A stretch of 64,000 bases of DNA from Candidatus Hadarchaeota archaeon (lineage in GTDB: Archaea; CAYQAE01; CAYVLA01), in the NCBI GenBank assembly GCA_964621445.1, contig CAZUNO010000001.1:40496-104495 (forward strand). Direction: 5' to 3'. Positions 59,030 through 64,000 of the stretch are shown piece by piece; the first letter of the stretch is position 1, and every line of letters starts with the position of its first letter. The notes under the pieces are model-generated. The model searched no databases. It was not told the origin of the DNA and worked only from the letters and a program-made list of their open reading frames with translations. Position numbers and translations under genes: made by a program.

Positions 59030-60239
59030 CTAAATCTCCATCTTAAGGTAGGAGGTTTCGACTTCCTTGTAATACCTTTTCTTAACCATCAATGACCATA
59101 ATGCATAACTGGATATCATTAAGGTTCCCAGCAAAGCACACCATTCTGTTACGTATATCCAAAACAGCGCCTCATCTTTGGCCTCCATGGCCTCGTTCCT
59201 CAGTAGATTTTGCTTGGTTTTTCCTTCATCCAACGTGTCCTGGGCACGTCCATAATCGCCTTCCAGACAGAGTTCCTCAGCCGTAACTCCCAGATCGGTA
59301 ATTGATCTACGCCTTTCCCTTAACTTGTCAGTCTTTCCACCGAACTTTTCCACCCATACTATCATCGAATCGAGAAGAGAGTTTGTGGCGCTGAACTCGA
59401 TTAAGGAGTTAGTAACCCGTATGAATAGATACGGGTCGGCGGGAAGGGCTTTGTCTGCAGTTCTGTAGACAAGGTAGATCATGGCCTGCGGAAAAAGGGC
59501 CCAGTTCTCGTGCCAGACCTCTACGCCTTTTGGAAACTTGCTCGCAAAACTGAGAACAGATCCTTCTCCGTTCTTCCAGTAGGTCATCAATGGCTTTTCG
59601 ACGGAGGCCTCCTTGGCGGTTGCCCAGAGTTGGGACCCTTCCTTACGGATTTGGTTGTCAAGATTCACTAAGATAGGTGATTCCTCCCATGGAAGAGCCT
59701 TCATTAGAGCCTCATCCTTGTCCTTAATCCTTAGACGGAACATGCCCCAAAGGGTGTATTTTCCCACAACCTGTTCCACGGGGGCAATTTCGGCGAGGGT
59801 TGATCCAGTCCATCCCGGATAACCCGCTTCCTCAATGCTGCCAAGCCACAGGAAACCCAGTCCTCCATTAGTTACCGAATCAACCATCCAGCCTACCCAC
59901 TGGGTGGTGAATACAAGTGGGTCTGCATCGCTGAGCAACATCTGATCGTAATCAGTGGTCAGCTTCGAATATGTACGGGGCATGTACATTCTCATACTTC
60001 TGTAGGCATTATCATACCCTCCTACATAATCCGGCCTGCAAGGGATGAAGGTCGTCTCTATCGCGGGATCATAGTGAATAACCGTGAAGCTATTGTAGGT
60101 ACCAACCCCCAAGGATGACATCCCCAAGACATAGTACTCTGATTCTGCCCTCGGGACCTACCCTGGAGTGGACAGGAGTTACTAGAATGAGGATAATGCC
60201 CAAGAAAACCAAGGTACTTTGACAGCTTCTCAATACCAC
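59030..60239 (-). pseudogene. Frameshifted copy of the single-pass GATase-like-fold family (paralog 3 of 4)
   Basis: The signal peptide and RVGPEGRIRVLCLGD are in one frame (GTG 60239, stop 60090-92). The remainder, with RMYMPR and the anchor motif, is in another (59030-60127). The junction covers a G5 run at 60106-60110. Confidence 0.75.
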
Positions 60240-60444
60240 ATATCCCCTTTTGGAATTAATATCAAAGTGCATATACCCCATCAGAGGAATCTTCGCCTAT
60301 TGACTCCAAATATAGAACAGCGAATGACCTCTAAGGAGCGGCCTTTCTTTTAGCATAAATCTATTGCCCATTATCTTTAGGAGGGACTTACCTCCATTAA
60401 CTCCCTTGGCGGAACCCGAAACCAACATCCCGGAGTAAGAGCTT

Positions 60445-61668
60445 CTATTTTAACCCAAAATCCCTTCCCTCTCTGAAAGAGGATTCATACTTTCTGTCAG
60501 TGCAGAAAACCTTTGCCTGGTATGGTTTCATTCTGGTGACAATTTCACCTCGGGTTACCAAGACCTCTTCATCTCCATAAAGCAGTTCAAGCTTACAGCC
60601 ATCCAACAGATCCAGACCGCCAATCTGGACACCGCTGTGGAACATGTCTCGGTCGTTAACCAAAAGGATTAACCATTCATTACCCAGTCGATAACATCTA
60701 GCCGTCAATCCTATCCAGCTTGAAGATGTCGGGCGTTTTTGAGGTCGATCCATCAATTTCAATGATAAACCGGTAGCTGGTGACCGTTTCAAAAAGGGCT
60801 GAAGCGAGGACAACTCACTGATAAGGGTATAGAGAGACTGGCGGTACTGGGCAGATATTGCCGATCTGAGGTGATGTGTGCCCCAATAGAGTATTCCCGA
60901 GGCACCATGCGCCAGGGCATCGTAGGCCATAAATCGAGATTGTTGGAATGTGGGGTAGGTAATTTGTTCCTCGTCAAAGTCATCATTCCACTCTCCTCTG
61001 GCACAGCCCTGGAGTACCATCCAAACCGGCTTTCCTCTGCCTATGGCCTTCCACCTCTCTACGCTTGCACCAACTTCCGCGGGGGGTCTTTTGGGGACAG
61101 GGTAGCAGTCGCAACCGGTGATATCGATATAGTCCATATACATGCGGGAGAACTTGGCATCACTGCTTGCCGCCTCATTGAACCATATCTGATGGTTTTC
61201 CCTATCGTTTTCCCGGAGGAATTGAATGGATTTTCTTAGCTTGGGCATTATCTTTTGGCCCTGTTCTCTTGCGTATTCAAGGGCCCTCTGTCTCTGGTTC
61301 CACCAGTCAGACCTGTCGATACCAGCTTTCTTCTTAAGCTTGCTTGATGCGGTGAAACGCCAGACTATTTCATCAGGTCCCTCCCATACAGCGAGAGCAG
61401 GATGGTCCTTGACGGTTTCTATACTATTCCCTAGGTCACTACTCAGACCCTCATGGAGTGGGAGGGGAACCCAGCCTACGAGTCCGTATTTCTGGGCTCT
61501 ATCCAAATCGCCCGTGTCGTGACAGCGAATGAGATTAATGCCTGCCTTGGATATTTCCTTTAGATCCGAATCGGCTTCAGGTAGCTCGTATATACCGATG
61601 GGGAATTCACGCTTTTTCCCCCTGACGATGAAACCATCCCCGCCTGGTTTTGTCTTTTCCATTAACAT
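60445..61668 (-). CDS. Putative glycoside-hydrolase-like TIM-barrel protein
   Basis: HPALAVWEGPDE, DITGCDCYP, KPVWMVLQG and GASGILYW resemble clan GH-A barrels; no signal peptide. Confidence 0.6.
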   Translation of the reverse strand: MLMEKTKPGGDGFIVRGKKREFPIGIYELPEADSDLKEISKAGINLIRCHDTGDLDRAQKYGLVGWVPLPLHEGLSSDLGNSIETVKDHPALAVWEGPDEIVWRFTASSKLKKKAGIDRSDWWNQRQRALEYAREQGQKIMPKLRKSIQFLRENDRENHQIWFNEAASSDAKFSRMYMDYIDITGCDCYPVPKRPPAEVGASVERWKAIGRGKPVWMVLQGCARGEWNDDFDEEQITYPTFQQSRFMAYDALAHGASGILYWGTHHLRSAISAQYRQSLYTLISELSSLQPFLKRSPATGLSLKLMDRPQKRPTSSSWIGLTARCYRLGNEWLILLVNDRDMFHSGVQIGGLDLLDGCKLELLYGDEEVLVTRGEIVTRMKPYQAKVFCTDRKYESSFREGRDFGLK

Positions 61669-61815
61669 AATATCTCCCTAAATAATCTCCTGGAACTTCA
61701 ATCCTCCATTGGAATTTGAAGGGAGTAAATGTTCTCAAATAGGAGTTTATGACACTTGTGCCCTATATCCCTAATAATTTAATCGTGTCCCCTGAAAACA
61801 CTGATCTGAATCTGG

Positions 61816-63054
61816 ATGCCCCCCGGAAAACTCTTTATGTTCTTCATTTTATGCATCATTCTCTTTTTCGGAGCTGTAAACTGCCAAGAAAATACAGAGA
61901 GGATAAAGGTTCTAGCCCTATCCAAGGCTCAGGATATCCAGACATTGGCTTCTTGGTTCAAGATTGAGCCTTCCGTGGATTCGAAGATAGTTCCAACCCG
62001 GATATATGGGGACGTTACCAGGGAAGATATCAGGAGATATATGAGAATATACTATCCTCGTAATTACAAGGAGCTTTCGTCCTTTGAATTCTTCTACCTG
62101 GCTCAGACGGATATGAAATTCTTTACCCCGACCCAGGAAGCCTGGCTTTACAAAGCATTGAGTAACGGAAAAAGGGGTGGTGTAAACACCAGGTCAGTTA
62201 TGAGTAAAAATCAGCGGTTCAAGATTCCCTGGGCCCAAAGTACTGTATCCGAGGCCTTTCCAAATAACGCGGATGCAGTTGTAGCATCTGAGGGAGATAT
62301 CATGGGAGCACCCGGTCTCTTGGTGATCAAGAATGATCCTGAGCTTCCAGGTATCATGAAGCCCTTCAAGAAGGAGCTTGAGATTCTATTCCCGGTCTTA
62401 CACGAATTGAACACCGTCCCCAAGCCCGGATCGGTCATCTTGTCCTACACCCGGAATAACCAAGGTCTTGGACACCCAATACCAGGCCAGATGGCGCACG
62501 TATTCTACTGGAGGTGGAATGAGTCAGTTACCTTTACCTTTCAGGATACGCCACACCACGAATTTTGGAATCCGCGCCAGTCGAAACCCAATCCGTATGC
62601 AGTTGATATCACCGTCAATATAATCTGGTTCTCCACGGGCAGGAAACTGCCTGAAGACCCTCTGAAGGTCCATGCTTTCAGATCGGATGCATCCAGATTG
62701 AATGTGGAAAAGATGCTACTTGAAGGCATCCTTGATTTCGCTGAGAGCTTCGGCGCCGATTCCTCGGGGGTTTATGAAAAGATGGATCGGGTTGAGGATA
62801 TGGCCAAAGAGGCCAAGCAGTTTTACTTAAATAGGGATTTTGAGTTAGCCTATGAGATCATGGAGGAGGCCAAGGAAGAGATGAGGGTACTTCAGGAGGA
62901 TGCTGCAAAGCTCAAGGAGAATGCACTAACTTGGGTATACATGGTGGAGTGGCTGGTAACAACCGGTGCATTTCTCATTTCCGGTTTTGTTCTGTGGACC
63001 CTCATGGTGAGGAGATCCCTGTATAGAGAGATCGGGGAAACACGGTACCAATAG
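61816..63054 (+). CDS. Uncharacterised signal-peptide, single-pass membrane protein (paralog 4 of 4)
   Basis: Signal peptide, ERIKVL, RRYMRIYYPR, LPEDP, FAESFG and the shared anchor motif. Confidence 0.75.
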   Translation: MPPGKLFMFFILCIILFFGAVNCQENTERIKVLALSKAQDIQTLASWFKIEPSVDSKIVPTRIYGDVTREDIRRYMRIYYPRNYKELSSFEFFYLAQTDMKFFTPTQEAWLYKALSNGKRGGVNTRSVMSKNQRFKIPWAQSTVSEAFPNNADAVVASEGDIMGAPGLLVIKNDPELPGIMKPFKKELEILFPVLHELNTVPKPGSVILSYTRNNQGLGHPIPGQMAHVFYWRWNESVTFTFQDTPHHEFWNPRQSKPNPYAVDITVNIIWFSTGRKLPEDPLKVHAFRSDASRLNVEKMLLEGILDFAESFGADSSGVYEKMDRVEDMAKEAKQFYLNRDFELAYEIMEEAKEEMRVLQEDAAKLKENALTWVYMVEWLVTTGAFLISGFVLWTLMVRRSLYREIGETRYQ

Positions 63055-63190
63055 TTGACAGTAATACGATTAACAGTCGCTAATGATATTCAATCAGCTG
63101 TTTTTCCAGAGGGAAAAATCACTCCAGGTATCCCGGGGGCTATGATATATTTTAAAATTTAAACAATATCCGAGAATTGGTTTTTGAGTT

Positions 63191-64000
63191 ATGGGTTATA
63201 GTGAATTGTTCGAATTTCCAGCTGTGAATAATCTGCCGACGGTGGAGAATCTACCGGATCCTTTCCTCATGCCTGATGGATCCAGGGTATCTGGGGAAGC
63301 GGATTGGGAGAATCAACGTAGATATATCACCGAAATGCTACTTCACTACCAGTATGGACATATGCCACCGTTTTCGGGCAAAATAAGGTCTGAAGAGATC
63401 TCTCGAAAGAAAATACTTGGTGGAAAGGCGGTCGAAGCCATCGAGGAGTTGAGAATTGGGCCCGATAATCCCCTGGTGGTGAGAATATCCTACGTTAAAC
63501 CAAAGGGCTCAGGTCCTTTTCCGGTGATAATCAAGAATGACAGGCAACTGGGGCAGGTCCCGGTCAGGAGTGAAATAGTTGATAGGGGTTACATGGTCGT
63601 TGAATACATACGCCACGACCTGGATGAGGATGATGGCGACAGGAGTGACGGAGTTCATCCATTATACCCGGATTATGATTGGGGCACTCTAGCAGCTTGG
63701 GCCTGGGGAGCCATGAGGGTTATTGATTACCTTGCACCCCTTGATTTTATTGATGAGGATAGGATTGTTTTTACCGGTCATTCCCGAGGTGGCAAGACTG
63801 CTCTGCTCGCTGGCGCGTTGGATGAGAGAATTGCTTTGACGGTGCCCAATGGTTCGGGGACTGGTGGCGCTGGGGGTTATCGAATACAGGGCGAAGGAGC
63901 GGAGAGCCTTGAAGATATAGTTGACCGATTTTCGTATTGGTTTCACCCGAGGCTCGGGCAATTTATTGGAAAAGAGGATAAATTGCCCTTTGATCAGCAC
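63191..64000 (+). CDS. CE15 glucuronoyl-esterase-like alpha/beta hydrolase, 3'-truncated by window edge
   Basis: Manual translation from ATG 63191 gives LPDPFLMPDGSRV..DW..QR..YQYGHMP, WGTLAAWAWG, GHSRGGKTALLAGALDERI and SGTGG. Absent from the ORF track because no stop occurs in the window. Confidence 0.88.
   Translation, partial: MGYSELFEFPAVNNLPTVENLPDPFLMPDGSRVSGEADWENQRRYITEMLLHYQYGHMPPFSGKIRSEEISRKKILGGKAVEAIEELRIGPDNPLVVRISYVKPKGSGPFPVIIKNDRQLGQVPVRSEIVDRGYMVVEYIRHDLDEDDGDRSDGVHPLYPDYDWGTLAAWAWGAMRVIDYLAPLDFIDEDRIVFTGHSRGGKTALLAGALDERIALTVPNGSGTGGAGGYRIQGEGAESLEDIVDRFSYWFHPRLGQFIGKEDKLPFDQH

Noticed and set aside
57522-64000. Integrated element at tRNA-Leu(CAG)
   Set aside because: No integrase, transposase or duplicated tRNA 3' end was seen in the window, and the next genes are hsp20 and its regulator.
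1-64000. CRISPR arrays, rRNA, insertion sequences and the many long antisense ORFs in the track
   Set aside because: No spaced direct repeats, rRNA-like segments or transposase motifs were found by eye. The antisense ORFs shadow well-supported genes.

Overview
This is a gene-dense archaeal chromosomal segment. Markers include rps3ae, rps15, PriS, TiaS, Pcc1, Trm5/Taw2, a type II Met aminopeptidase and a BHB-type tRNA intron. The lineage is probably an uncultivated anaerobic heterotroph; the PriS resembles the Methanobacteriota type, but taxonomy cannot be fixed from the sequence alone. The window holds the 3' part of a split-type Mrp/Mnh operon, housekeeping genes, a Pst phosphate-uptake locus next to arsC/trxB, two tRNA-Leu genes and several bacterial-type catabolic enzymes. 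No CRISPR array, rRNA, transposase or integrase was seen. Best candidates for new biology: (1) an Mrp-like complex whose MrpG subunit is fused to a DUF47 (PhoU-like) domain and in which several canonical ion-translocation residues are replaced; (2) four dispersed copies of an uncharacterised ~410 aa single-pass surface protein with a strongly conserved membrane anchor, one copy frameshifted in a G5 run; (3) a tRNA-Leu(CAA) with a 22-nt intron in the variable arm; (4) a long RNA hairpin in the leader of a PRC-barrel gene. Two features missing from the ORF track were found by manual translation: a PAS-domain pseudogene and a truncated CE15 glucuronoyl-esterase-like gene. All product calls come from motif recognition by eye; no database search was run.
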